DNA of 64,000 nucleotides, from assembly GCF_036365525.1 (NCBI RefSeq), contig NC_090380.1, forward strand, positions 82,283,658 to 82,347,657, written 5' to 3'. Within the stretch, counting starts at the first letter, position 1. Every line of letters begins with the position of its first letter. Source of the stretch: Heterodontus francisci (lineage: Eukaryota). A program made the position numbers and the translations under genes. The notes beneath the pieces are model-generated. The model had not been told where the DNA came from. It made no database searches and saw only the letters and a list, made by a program, of their open reading frames with translations. Below are positions 13,146 to 25,616 of this stretch, piece after piece.

Positions 13146-13505
13146 CTTCCACTGTGAGGCGTGTGCCTTTACCTATTGCTCTTCTAGCAGGGGGAGGTAT
13201 TTCAATAGAAACCTGACAGAAGTAAATGTCGGAGTTATTTAAACGAAGATCGTAGATTATGAAAGATGAGGATTTTGTTGAGAGATCCACTGAAATGTTA
13301 GTACGTTCTGTACAATGATTGAAAGAAGTAACATTAACTTTATTTTCTATATGTTGACAGAATTGTTGTGCACTGGTGTTCGTCTTCCATGTAATCCTCA
13401 ACTGTTCCTCTGTATCGCTGTATGAACAGTTCATTTGTGCGACGCCTCCCTTCAATACTCTGATCTCTGATGGTGTCTGGGAGACAGTTAGGTTTCTGCT
13501 TCTCA
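13146..13505 (-). CDS. V(J)-type Ig domain exon, CD28H/TMIGD2-, CD28/CTLA4- and NKp30-like, germline-joined
   Basis: 360-bp phase 1-1 exon with acceptor ttgttttttcttcag| and donor GAAG|gtgagt. Translation RSRNLTVSQTPSEIRVLKGGVAQMNCSY...LRITWK...FCQH...NHC...DLRLNNSDIYFCQVSIEIPPPARRAIGKGTRLTVE shows B-strand Cys, C-strand Trp, DxYxC and a J-like GxGTxLxV. Confidence 0.93.
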
Positions 13506-14490
13506 CTGAAGAAAAAACAAGAGGGATTAACAATATACAATTTCCTATCAGTAATGAATGTATTCTGTGCTGAATGTGAAGCTCTGTAGGTAGTTTCTAG
13601 TTCAATAGAAATCAGAAGTTAATTGAGTCGGTATAAAGACCAATGTGAATCTTTTCCCTTGAAAAGAAGTGTAATTGTCTGGAAGTATTGATGAATTAAT
13701 CCTTTTCAGCACCAATCTGTTACATGAAATCTGTGCAAATCCATTTCTAAAATTCTGACATTTATTAATCTCCTTTCTTCAAATCATTGCTTACTCTTGC
13801 ATAGTTTTTAAAAATCTTTTTCTGGTTCTCAGTTCATTGTTTTCATTGTTTTGTGCTTTTCTTTGCAGTCTCTGCTGTCTGCCCTCTCCTTATCTATGTC
13901 TGCATACACTCAATATGATACCAAATAAAAATGGGCTTTTCTACAAGTGTCACTGGTAGTCAATGCAGCAAAAACCTCCAGATGTACAAAACCGGATATA
14001 AAAGTCCACTTGAATCTGCCTCCCCCACACTCTCAGGCAGTGTATTCCAGATCCTAACCACTCACTGCGTGAAAAAGATGCTCCTCATGTCACCTCTGGT
14101 TCTTGACCCATCTGTCAATGGGAACAGTTTCTTCCCATCTACCAGACTCCTCAGAATTTTGAACACCTCTAATCAAATCTCCTCTCTATCTTCTCTTTTC
14201 TAAGGAGAACAGCCACAGCTTCCCTACTCTATCCACATAACTGAAGTCCCTCATCCCTGGAACAATTGTCGTAAATCTTTTCTGCACTTTCTCCAGTGCC
14301 TGCATATCCTTCCTGAAGTGTAGTGCCCAGAATTGGACACAATACTCCAGTTGAGGCCAAGCCAGTGCATTAAAAAGGTTCACCAGAACTCCTAACATAA
14401 AATACTGCATACGCTGGAAATCTGAATTAAAAACAAAAAGTGCTGGAAAATACTCAGCAGGACTGGCAGCATCTGTGGAGAGAGAAGCAA

Positions 14491-14527
14491 AGCTAACGTT
14501 TCAGGTCAGTGACCTTTCATCAGAACT
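14491..14527 (-). ncRNA. Minimal hammerhead ribozyme motif in Penelope pLTR
   Basis: AGUU-CUGAUGA-A-AGGUC-ACU-GACCU-GAAA-CGUU-AGCU. Confidence 0.72.
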
Positions 14528-15123
14528 GGCAAAGGTTAGAAATGTAATAGGTTTTAAGCAAATTAAATGATGGCGGGGCAAAAGAGAACAAAAGGGAAGG
14601 TGTTGATAGGACGGAGGATCACAGAGAATAACTGACAAGGAGGTCATGGGGCAAAGGCAAAGGCAAAGAGTGTGTTAATAGGTGAAAGACAGGTGTTAGT
14701 GCAGAGAGGGTGTTAAAAGACAGAATAATGAAAGCCCTAGCCAAAAGCACAAACATGAAAAAAAAAGTGGGCAGGCACATGGTGAAAAAAAAATTGAATG
14801 ATGAAACAAACTAAAATAAAATGAAATAAAAAAAAAGTAAATCTAAAAATAAAAATGAGGGGCCAGTCATGCTCTCGAACACTGCAGCAAACCCAGGACA
14901 GAGATGTGGGCATGAGAGCAGGGGGGTTGATGAAATGGCAAGTGACAGGAAGCTCGGGGTCATGTTTTCGAAAAAAAATGACAAGCATGACTGGCCTCCC
15001 TTTTTTATTTTTATTTTTACTTTTTACTTTTATTTCATTTTATTTTAATTTGTTTCATCATTCAATTTTTTACCATGTGCCTGCCCGCTGTTATTTTTTC
15101 ATGTTTGTGGTTTTGACTAGGGC

Positions 15124-18100
15124 TGTTACATCTTTATGTTGTTTTTCTGGTTCCCAGATGTTGGAAAGAATCACACTTTAAATGTGGAAAAGGCTGGAGT
15201 CAGTCTTGTTTATTACAGCACCATGCTGTCTGCTATAGAACCTGATTTAGCTGGTTGTTGTGTAACATATAACATGATTCCTCAGTGCAGCTGTGAATCT
15301 GCCCCCCCCCCCCCCCCCCCCCCACTGGAACACTTACACATAAAAAACAGTTCCTAGCTAATTAGTTCCTAACACCTTACAGATAGTATAACAATATATA
15401 ACATATATAACATCCCTCTTTCTTTAAAATATAATGCCCTATATCAATATAACTGTCAATATAAATAAAGAAGATTATCATCTGACTTGTGGAAATAATC
15501 TGAACCCCTTTTTAGAGTCTATTATAGCGTGTATTCTTTTTTAAAAAAAATTATTCACGGTATCGCTTGGTTGGTAAGATGTTGTGACTCCATCTTGTAG
15601 ATTTGGCATTTCACAAGTGTTCTTTTGACCGTCTGGACGTGTCTTTCTATAAATCCATGTCCCCGTGGGTAGTGTGGTGATGAGGTGATGGTGTTGAACT
15701 CATACTGGTCAGCAAATTCCTTACATTTTCTGGATGTAAATTGGGTGCCATTGTCACATATTAACCTTTCAGGAATCCCTTGCTCAGCAAACAGAACTCG
15801 TACTGCTGAGATTATTGTTGTAGCTCTCAAGTCTTTCATCTTCTGGATAAAAGGGAATTCTGAGTAGTAGTCTGCGACTGTGAGATACCATTCTTGATTA
15901 CGTGTGAATAAATTGACTGCTACAGTATGCCATGGTTTGGGTGGTACTTCAGTAGCTATCATCTCCTCTTTCTGTTGTGAGTTTCTGTACTTCTGGCATA
16001 CATTGCATGTAGACACCATATTTTCAAAATCTTTGTATATGCCTATCCAGTACACAGCTGATTTGGCTCCCATATGGCCTTCGCGTATCTTTTGGAGAGG
16101 TTCTTCCTGCATTGCTTTGGGTATGATTATTATGCATCCGGTCAGCAGAACACCATCTTCGAGTGAGATGTCATCTCTGATAGACAGTACTGCCATATTG
16201 CTGGCTGTGTGTGCTGTATCTTATCAGGCCATCTCTGGATCACTTGCTGAGATAGCATCTGTACCTCATCGTCTTTGCTGGTCTCACCTCTAATTTGACT
16301 CAGTTTCGGTGGTGTTACGTTCACTAGGTGATGAATCTTTATGCTTAGATCTTCTATCTCATGTTTCTTCTGTGGTGACAACTGAGATAGGATGTCTGCC
16401 AGCACCATTATGCTTCCTGTTTTATATTTCAGAGTGAAATCATAACTCTGAAGCCTCAAGACTAACCTCTGCAGTCTTGCTGGTGCTTTACATAGATTTT
16501 TCTTGTAGATCTGCTCCAGTGGACGATGATCACTCTCCACAGTGAACTTCCTCCCATTGAGATATGTGTGGAACTTCTCACATCCATACACGACTGTCAA
16601 AAGCTCTCTCTCTATGTTGGCATATCATGTCTCAGCTGATGTCAGAGCTTTGGATGCAAATGCTATCCCTTTTGTACCAGGGCTGCTCCCAGTCCTTTTG
16701 TGGAAGCATCTACTTGTAGAGTGACAGGTTTCTTTCTGTCGCAGTACGACAGACTTGTCTCCTTGCATACTACCTTTTTGAGTTTGTTGAAACTCCTGTC
16801 ATGTGACTCTGACCACTGGTACTCTACAACTTCTTTCATCAGCTCCCGCAGGTTTGCTATGTGTTCCAACATGTGCAGAACAAAGGAACTCATGTATTGT
16901 ACCAAACCAAGGAAACTTCTCAACTCTCTCTTATCTCTTGGGGCTTCCATCCCTGAGATGGCTTCTTTCAGGGCTTGGCTTAACTCCATCAGATGTGTAC
17001 ACCATTCTGAAGAACTGACATTCTGTCACTTTCACAATGCATTTGTCTGCATTTAGCTTAATCCCAACTTTCCTGGTTCTCTCCATGGCTTCATGTCGAT
17101 GGTTGTCATGATCTTTTCCATCTACACCATATATCTGGATATCATCAGCTATGCTGCCTGCTCCTTTCATCCCCTGTATGTCTCGTCTACTTTCTGTTGG
17201 AACACATCCTGGGTCACTTTGAGGCCAAAGGGTAGACGCAGGAATTTGTATCGTCCAAAGGGTGTGTTGAATGTTGTCAACAGTGAAGATTCTGCTTCTA
17301 GCTTCACATTCCAGTAGCCATTTCTGGCATCCAGCTTGCTGAAAACTTTTGCCCTTGCCAGTGCTGGTGTGATTTCTTCCAATGTTGGAATAGGGTAGTG
17401 ATCCCTCTTTATTGCTTGATTAAGATCTTTGGGATCTAAGCAAATTCATAGCCATCCATTTGGCTTCTCTCTCACCACGATGGAATTTAACCAATCTGTA
17501 GGCTCTGTGACTCTGGTAATCACCTTCCTTTCTTCCATTTCTTGGAGCTCTCTTTCAAGTTTTCCTTTTAGTTCTACTGGTACTTTACATGGGGGATGAA
17601 TCACTGGGTTCATCACTGGGTCAATAGTGATGTGATACTCAAATCTTCAAAGCATCCAACCATCTCATCAAAACACCCTGGGTACATTTGTACCAGATCT
17701 TCTCTGCTTCTGATCAGAGGGGGCTTTTCAATGGGTGTACTGTCTTCAACCTTCAGTGTTGCCTCCTTCACCTCATGGTTTACTGAGATAATCTGCAGCT
17801 CTTCACAACTGCTCAACTCCAGGATAGCTGGACCATCTGTTTCTGTAACATAGAACATACAGTTAACATCATTTCCTTGTGTGTCCCTCTGATTTGGGTT
17901 GTTCCTCGCTGTCGAATCTCAGTTCCCCCATATGCTGTTAGCATGACGTTAATTGGTTTCAGAGCACCTTTCCTTGGATAACCATTTTTCTCCAAATTTT
18001 CAGGAAAGATCTTCTGGTATAGTCTGAGTTGGATGATGTTACTCTGCGCTCCAGTATCAATCTTCACCTTCAAATTTATCATTGTGGGCTTATTTCTCAG

Positions 18101-19417
18101 CCTCTTCCTAATCTGAAGGGTTGTGTGAATTTCTTTTCTCTGGGAACTGTCACATCCAGACTTTCATGCAATTCTATGGTTCCTATGTCTATCATGTTCT
18201 CAAACCCACCGCCATCTTCCAGGTTATGGATGTTTTGGTTTCTTTCACTGCTCCTTCGCCTTGTCTGATGACTCATCTACCACCTTCCTGCCTTGTTCTG
18301 CACATCTTTTCCCAGTGATTGGTCTTTCCTCAAGCTCTGCAGATTGATCTATATGCGGGATATTTCCTTCTATCTGTCAATTCATGTGGTCATCCACAGC
18401 TGCTGCACGTCTTTCTCTCTGTCTGGTGTACATTCTTTAGTTGCTGTTTCACTGTATTGACCCTCCTGCCTGTCTCTTGGCTTAACTGAAGGCTAGCCGT
18501 TTGGGTAGTCAGTGCTTTCATCTGTTTGCTTGTGGCTTCATGTGCTCTGGCAGTGTCTACAGTCTGCGATATTGTGAACTTGTCCTGTCCGATTAGAGCT
18601 GTCTGTACTTCAGGATGTGCAGAACCCCAAATGAGCTGATCTATCAGCTGTTCATCTGTGTCCATTTTCTGGCTGCATTTTTCAATCTTGCTACAAAATT
18701 GTCAATGGGGTCACCTAGTTCCTGTCTGAGGCCTTGAAATTCATATCGGTATATCCGATGATTTGATTTTGGCTGGAGATAGGTGCAGAATCTTTCAAAA
18801 ATTTTGTCTGGATTTCTGCTGTCCTCTTCACTTAGGTCCCAGCTGTTGAATAAATTTAATCCTTTATCTCCAGCCCCCTGAAAGATATAACTGACCCTCG
18901 CCACTTCACTAGTGCCTTTTAGGAAGCTACTAAATGCCAAATTGTACTTTTGTTTAAACTTCGCAAATGCCTCTATGACATCATCAGCTTACCAATTCAT
19001 TATGGGCTGTAGCTATGCATTCATTCCTGTCCCAGTTGAGATTTTGTTTTTTGTTTTTGCACGAGTCACTCAGTTTTTCTTTCTCTCTGGCACTTATTTG
19101 GGTCAATTTTCTCAATCTGATGCTTTTAAAAATGTTCTAAGTTTACTCACAGACACTCTCTGCCACCATGTTATGTCATAATGTTGTTTTTCTGGTTCCC
19201 AGATGTTGGAAAGAATCACACTTAAAACTTGGAAAAGGCTGGAGTCAGTCTTGTTTATTATAGCACCATGCTGGTTGTTGGGTAACATATAACATGACTC
19301 CCCAGTGCAGCTGTGAATATGACCCCCCACTGGAACATTTACACATAACAACTAATTCCTAGCTAATTAATTCCTAACATTTTACAGATAGAATAGCAAT
19401 ATATAACATGTATAACA
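15124..19417 (-). mobile_element. Gypsy LTR retrotransposon, two LTRs, frameshifted gag-pol
   Basis: TG...CA LTRs at 15124-15412 and 19169-19417, 5-bp TSD AGGGC, PBS-like TGGTGGCAG after the 5' LTR, PPT aaagaaagaggga. Protease DTGA, RT (KLDARNGYW, RLPFGL, IADD), RNase H (DAS, SDHRPL) and integrase (DNGTQF, ERHVQTVK) occur in PR-RT-RH-IN order. Confidence 0.95.
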
Positions 19418-20094
19418 AGGGCTTTCATTATTCTGTCATTTAACACCCTATCTGCACTAACGCTTTGTCTTTCACCACACTATTAACACACTCTTTACCT
19501 TTGCCCCATGACCTCCTTGATAGTTATTCTCTGTGACCCTCTGTCCTATCAATACCTTCCCTTTTGTTCTCTTTTGCCCCACCACCACTTTATTTGCTTA
19601 AAACCTATTACATTTCTAACCTTTGCCAGTTCTGATGAAAGGTCACTGACCTGAAACATTAACTTTGTGTCTATCTCCACAGATGCTGCCAGACCTGCTG
19701 AATATTTTCCAGCACTTTTTGTTTTTATTTCACCATCACTCCTTGCTTTTGTAGTCAAAGCTCTTATTTATAAAGTCCAGGATCCCGTATGCTTTATTAA
19801 CTTCTTTCTCAATCTGCCATGTTACATTCAATGATTTGTGCACAAATACCCCAGGTCCCTCCTCTCTTGCACGCCTTTCGTAATTGCATCCTTCATTTTA
19901 TATTGCCTTTCTTGGTTCTTCCTACTAAAATGTATCACTTCACACTTGTCTGCATTAAATTTCATCAGCCACGTGTCCGCCCATTTCACCAGTCTGTCTA
20001 TACCTTCTTGAAGTCTATCACTATCCTCCTCACAGTTCACAATACTTCCACGTTTTGTGTCATCCACAAATTTTGAAATCGTGTCCTGCACACC

Positions 20095-21900
20095 CTGGCT
20101 ACCTCACCATACAGAAGGTCCTTGGGTGTGCGATCGTCTTCCATCCTGCGGATGTGTCCAATTCACTGAAGCGCCTCTGTTTGATTAGTGCCAACACACT
20201 TGGGCTCACTGCCTTTGAGAGGACTTCTTCATTTGTTATTTTAACCACAATGCGCTGCAGACAGCAAAAATGAAAATTATTGAGCTTCTTTTCCTGGTAG
20301 CTGTAAGTCACCCATGTTTCACAGCCATACAGCAAGGTGCTGAGAACACAGGTCTTATAAACCATCAGCTCGGTCCTAAGGGTCAGCTCGCTGTTATCCT
20401 ATGCACGTTTCTCAAGATGGACAAAGGTGGTAGTTGCTTTCCCTATGCATGTATGGAGCTCAGCAACAAGGGACAGCTTGTCTGTCACCATGGACCCAAG
20501 GAAGTAGAATTTGCTAACCACTTCCAGTGGGAGAGTGTTTAGTGTGATCAGGGATGGAGATGTAACACCTTGGCCCATGACTATGTTTTTCTTGATGTTT
20601 ATGGTCAAGGAGAATGAGTTATAGGCGTGGGTGAGACAGTCCATGAGACTTTGTAGCTGAGTTTCTGTGTAAGCGACTAGTACAGCATCATCTGTGTAGA
20701 GGAGTTCTCTGATCAGGATGTGATGTGTTTTTATTTTCGATTTCAACCTTGGTAGATTATAGAGCTTGCCGTCTGACCTAGTGTGCATGTAGATTCCTCC
20801 CATATCTTCAGGGAAGGCAAAGTTCAGGAGCATGGAGGAGAAGATGCCAAACAGAGTGGGGGGCTAGGACACAACCCTGTTTCACTCCATTCTTCACTCT
20901 GAAACTGGTGGAAGCGGAGCCATCAAATTGTAAACTGCAATGCATCTTGTCATGGAAGGAGCGGATGAGACTGAGGAGCTTCAGTGGACAGCCAATTTTT
21001 CCTCAAATCTTGTAGAGACCTGCTCTGCTGATGGTGTTGAATCCCTTTGTGAGATCTACGAAAGTAAGGAAAAGTGGTATACTCTGTTCCCTACTCTTGT
21101 AGCTAGCATATGAAGAAGATCACATCCACAGTAAATCTGCCCACACAGAAACTACACTGTGATTCCGGGTACACCTGGTCTGCAAGTAAATGGAGTCTTT
21201 TAAGTATGACCCAGCAAAGACCTTCCTGCAGTTTGGATGCTAAGGTGTGAGATGTCCCTGTAGTTGTTGCAGTCTTCTCTGTCACTTTTGTTTTTGTATA
21301 GAGCGATGTCATCTCACATCTGCTTTGGAGCAGAGCCTACTTTCCAGCAGAGCAATAGATGGGACATATCATGCTTGAGCAGCTGGGCTGGGATTCCGTC
21401 CTTGCCAGGTGCCTTCTGTTCGTTAGGCAGTCTATGACCTTCTCAAGCTCCAGTGATGAGGGTTTCATCTAATTCATCCATGACAGGAAGTTGTGGGAGA
21501 GTGTCAAACGCAGACTGGGAAATGGGCGACTTGTAGGAGTGCAGGTCACAATAGTATTAAGCCCAGCGGGACATCTGTTTACTTCTGTTGGTGAATACTT
21601 CACCATCTGCCGACTCCAGGGGAGCAACTTTGGTGATGGCAGGGCCAGCGCCTTCTTGATCCCTTCGTACATAACTTGTAGATTTCCTTTGTCACATGCA
21701 GTTTGGATTTCTTGACATAAGTTGATTCAGTATTTGCTTGCGCAGTATTTCCCTTATCCTTTGCACAACTGTCTTGGCTACTTTTGGGTTGTGCAGTGTT
21801 TTAGCTGTTGTGTTTGTTTTCTGCATCAACGACAGATATCTCAGCTGAGTATGTCTCAAACCAGTGTTTGTTGTGGGTTCCGCCTTTACCAACTGATGCT
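20095..21900 (-). mobile_element. Older degenerate RTE LINE
   Basis: Broken frames HTRSDGKLYNL, IRELLYTDD, VLSTLLYGCETW, YPESQCSF. Confidence 0.85.
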
Positions 21901-23909
21901 TCTATCTTCCTTAGTAAACACCAATACAAAGTACTTATTAAGTATTCTAAAAAAAAAGAAGGGTCTCTGACCTGAAATGTTAACTCTGCTTCTCTCTCCA
22001 CAGATGCTACCAGATCTGCTGAGTGTTTCCAGCATTTCTTGTTTTTATTTCAGATTTCCAGCATCCGCAGTATTTTGCTTTTATTTTAGTGTTTAATTCA
22101 CTGCCACTTCTCTTCCAGGAATGCCTACCTTGAAGAAGTTCTGCTCTTCTCTCCAACGGGATTTTCATTTGTCTCTTTTACCTTGTTCACCTTCATTGCT
22201 TTCTATTTCCCTCCTGGTGTTTGATAAGGTATCTACCAAAACTCGTTTTCACAGCTACATCTCCTTCCTCAGTGACTGTCTCTGGCTCCGACTTATTCCA
22301 CGTGGTTTCCATCTGCAGCCTCACCCATCATGTTTTGAATCCACCCAGGATGACAGGTATCTCCGAGAAATACAACGTTCCTCGGACTGCTATTCTCGCC
22401 ACATCCTGAGATCCACATTCAGTGCTATGCACCGCCACATGCACACACTGGGCCTCTCTCTCCAGCAGCACCGCCTCACCTTATCTCAAAGCTGTTCTAC
22501 TCCGCAGTTTTATTTCATCCTTCATCTCATCCGACGTATTAACAAAAAACTTTTTTCTTCCTTTCAGATGTCAAGGAACGCAAGCTCCAGATCCTTCTTC
22601 CCCTTCACTTCCCTCTGACCCCACCCCTTCTGCTCTGACCCCTTGCCCTGTATTCACTATACCCTCTGACCTTCCTCTCTCTGACGCTGAATGTTCTGTA
22701 CTCAGAAAAGGTCTCAGTTTAATCCCCTTACGTCCCCACCTCAATGAATTTTGCGTTCGGCATGACGTTGAGCTCTTCTTCCATCGCCTCCGGGCTCACT
22801 TCTTTGACCAGGAGTCCTCCCCCGATCAGTAGACCCATTCATCCGCCTCCAGCATTCTCCCTCTACCTGGACCCCTCCCACTGGCCTCTTACCTGCTCTT
22901 GATCTTTCATTGAAAACTGTCGGCGAGACATTGGTCATCTCAATTTCTCTGCCCCCCTCACTCACTCTAACCTGTCCCCCTCTGAACTTGCTGCACTCCG
23001 TTCTCTCAGATCTAACCTCGACATTGTCATCAAACCTGCAGACAAGGGTGGTGCTGTTATTGTATGGCGTACCGACCTCTACCTTGCAGAGGCTCAGCGC
23101 CAACTCTCAGACACTTCTTCCTACCTCCCTCTGGACCATGACCCCACCACCGAACATCAAGTTACTGTCCGCAGGACTGTCACTGACCTCATCTCCTCTG
23201 GAGATCTTCCCTCTGCAGCTTCCAACCTCATAGTCCCGCAACCCCAGACAGCCTGCTTCTACCTCCTTCCCAAAATCCACAAACTGGACTGTCCCGGCAG
23301 ACCCATTGTGTCAGCCTGCTCCTGCCCCACTGAACTTATTTCTTCCTATCTTGACTCTATCTTTTCTCCGCTGGTCCAGTCTCTTCCCACCTACATCAGT
23401 GACTCTTCTGATGCCCTACGTCATTTTGACAATTTCCAATTTCCTGGCCCCAACTGCCTCCTCTTCGCTATGGACGTCCAATCTCTCTACACCTTCATCC
23501 CCCACCAGGACGGTTTGAGGGCTCTCCGCTTCTTCCTTGAACAGAGGCCCAACCAGTCCCAATCCACCACCACCCTCCTCGGCCTGGCTGAACTTGTTCT
23601 CACATTGAACAACTTCTCCTTCAACTCCACTCACTTCCTTCAAATAAAAGGTGTTGCTATGGGTACCCGCATGGGTCCTAGTTATGCCTGTCTTTTTGTG
23701 GGATATTTCGAACATTCCTTGTTCCAGTCCTACTTAGGCCCCCTCCCCCAACTCTTTTTCCGGTACATTGATGACTGTATCGGTGCTGTTTCCTGCTCCT
23801 GCCCCGAACTGGAAAACTTTATCAACTTTGCTTCTAATTTTCACCCTTCTCTCACCTTTACATGGTCCATCTCCGACACTTCCCTTCCCTTCCTCGACTT
23901 CTCTGTCTC

Positions 23910-24257
23910 CACAGTGGCGCAGTGGTTAGCACCGCAGCCTCACAGCTCCAGGGACCCGGGTTCGATTCCGGGTACTGCCTGTGTGGAGTTTGCAAGTTCT
24001 CCCTGTGTCTGCGTGGGTTTTCTCCGGGTGCTCCGGTTTCCTCCCACAAGCCAAAAGACTTGCAGGTTGATAGGTAAATTGGCCATTATAAATTGTCACT
24101 AGTATAGGTAGGTGGTAGGGAAATATAGGGACAGGTGGGGATGTTTGGTAGGAATATGGGATTAGTGTAGGATTAGTATAAATGGGTGGTTGATGTTCGG
24201 CACAGACTCGGTGGGCCGAAGGGCCTGTTTCAGTGCTGTATCTCTAATCTAATCTAA
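23910..24257 (+). mobile_element. HE1-type tRNA-derived SINE inserted in the Penelope RT
   Basis: A box TGGCGCAGTGG, B box GGTTCGATTCC, CR1-like 3' end and (ctaat)n tail. Confidence 0.88.
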
Positions 24258-25520
24258 TCTCTGGGGATAGGCTGTCTATTAATATCCATTATAAACCCAC
24301 CGACTCCCTCAGCTACCTCGACTACACTTCTTCACATCCTGCCTCCTGTAAGGACTCCATTCCATTCTCCCAGTTTCTCCGTCTCCGACGCATCTGCTCT
24401 GATGGTGCTACCTTCCATGACAGCGCTTCTGATATGTCTTCCTTTTTCCTCAACCGAGGATTTCCCCCCACTGTGGTTGACAGGGCCCTCAACCGTGTCC
24501 AGCCCATTTCCTGCACCTCTATCCTCACCCCTTCCCCTCCCTCCCAGAACCGCGACAGGGTTCCCCTTGTCCTCACTTTCCACCTCATCAGACTCCATAT
24601 TCAAAGGATCATCCTCTGCCATTTCCACCACCTCCAGCGTGATGCCACTACCAAACGCATCTTCCCCTCCCTTCCCCTGTCAGCATTCCGAAGGGATCAT
24701 TCCCTCCGTGACACCCTGGTCCACTCCTCCATTACCCCCACCACCTCATCCCCTTCGCACGGCACCTTCCCCTGCAATCGCAAGAGGTGTAATTCCTGCC
24801 CATTTACCTCCTCTCTCCTCGCTATCCCAGGCCCCAAACACTCCTTTCAGGTGAAGCAGCAATTTACTTATACTTCTTTCAATGTAGTATATTGTATTCA
24901 CTGCTCACAATGTGGTCTCCTCTACATTGGGGAGACCAAACACAGACTGGGTGACCGCTTTGCGGAACACCGCCGCTCAATTCCCAAGCAGGACCCCGCG
25001 TTTCCAGTTGCTTTCCATTTCAACATTCCCCCCTGCTCTCATGCTCACATCTCTGTCCTGGGATTGCTGCAGTGTTCCACTGAACATCTACGCAAGCTCG
25101 AGGAACAGCATCTCATCTACCGATTAGGCACACTACAGCTTGCCGGACTGAACATTGAGTTCAATAATTTCAGAGCATGACGGGCCCCCCATTTTACTTT
25201 TATTTTTAGTTATTTTTTTCTTTTTCCCTTTTTAAAATTTTTTTTTTGTGTTTATTTTATTTTATAGCATCTTAGTCTGTTCAGTTTGCTTACCCACTGC
25301 TTTTTTTCATGTTTGTACTTGCGGCTGTTCAATTTTCAGTCCGTTAACACCCTTTCTGTACTAATGCTTTGTCTTTCAACACACCATTAACATATCTTTG
25401 CTCCATGACCTTCTGGTCAGCTATTCTGTGACCTTGTCCTATTTACACCTTCTCCTTTGTTATCTCTTGCCCCACCCCCACTTTACTTGCTTATAACCTT
25501 TTACATTTCTAATATTTTCC

Positions 25521-25557
25521 AGTTCTGAAGAAGGGTCGCTGACCTGAAACGTTAACT
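25521..25557 (+). ncRNA. Minimal type I hammerhead ribozyme motif in Penelope pLTR
   Basis: AGUU-CUGAAGA-A-GGGUC-GCU-GACCU-GAAA-CGUU-AACU: core, stem II, palindromic stem III and stem I AGUU/AACU. Confidence 0.75.
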
Positions 25558-25616
25558 CTGCTTCTCTCTCCACAGATGCTGCCAGACCTGCCGAGTGTTT
25601 GCAGCATTTCTTGTTT

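Larger units (their letters stand above)
14396..19730. mobile_element. Penelope pseudo-LTR inverted pair (arms ~14396-14860 minus; ~14985-15123 plus ~19423-19730 plus) with a small GIY-YIG remnant
   Basis: The arms are reverse complements and resemble the 3' pLTR of the Penelope at 21950-25616. Each arm carries a hammerhead motif. Confidence 0.8.
13990..20090 (-). mobile_element. CR1 LINE fragment split by nested Penelope and Gypsy insertions (CR1 parts ~13990-14395 and ~19730-20090)
   Basis: ISKFVDDTK...KFNADKCEVIHF (19828-20091) continues as LEYCVQFWA...LEKVQKRFT (14186-14390). Imperfect duplication ttcaccagaactcct / ttcaccatcactcct at the two junctions. Confidence 0.75.
21950..25616 (+). 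mobile_element. Penelope-like element, near full length (RT + GIY-YIG), pLTRs at both ends, frameshifted
   Basis: MDVQSLYT, GVAMGTRMGPSYA, RYIDD, LPFLD; CNRKRCNSC...NVVYCIHCSQCGLLYIGET...RFAEH. Terminal repeat at ~21955-22085 and ~25520-25616. 15-bp flanking duplication ttattaagtattcta (21935-21949, 25617-25631). Confidence 0.93.

Noticed and set aside
4891-13505. Germline-joined Ig light chain or rearranged TCR/IgNAR gene
   Set aside because: The V lacks WYQQ/WYRQ and FGxG, a TM exon follows a single C1, there is no C-terminal interchain Cys, and the TM has no charged TCR-type residues. No RSS or D/J segments were seen.
23910-23985. tRNA gene
   Set aside because: The A/B boxes belong to a SINE head followed by SINE body and tail; copies at 37600 and 47965.
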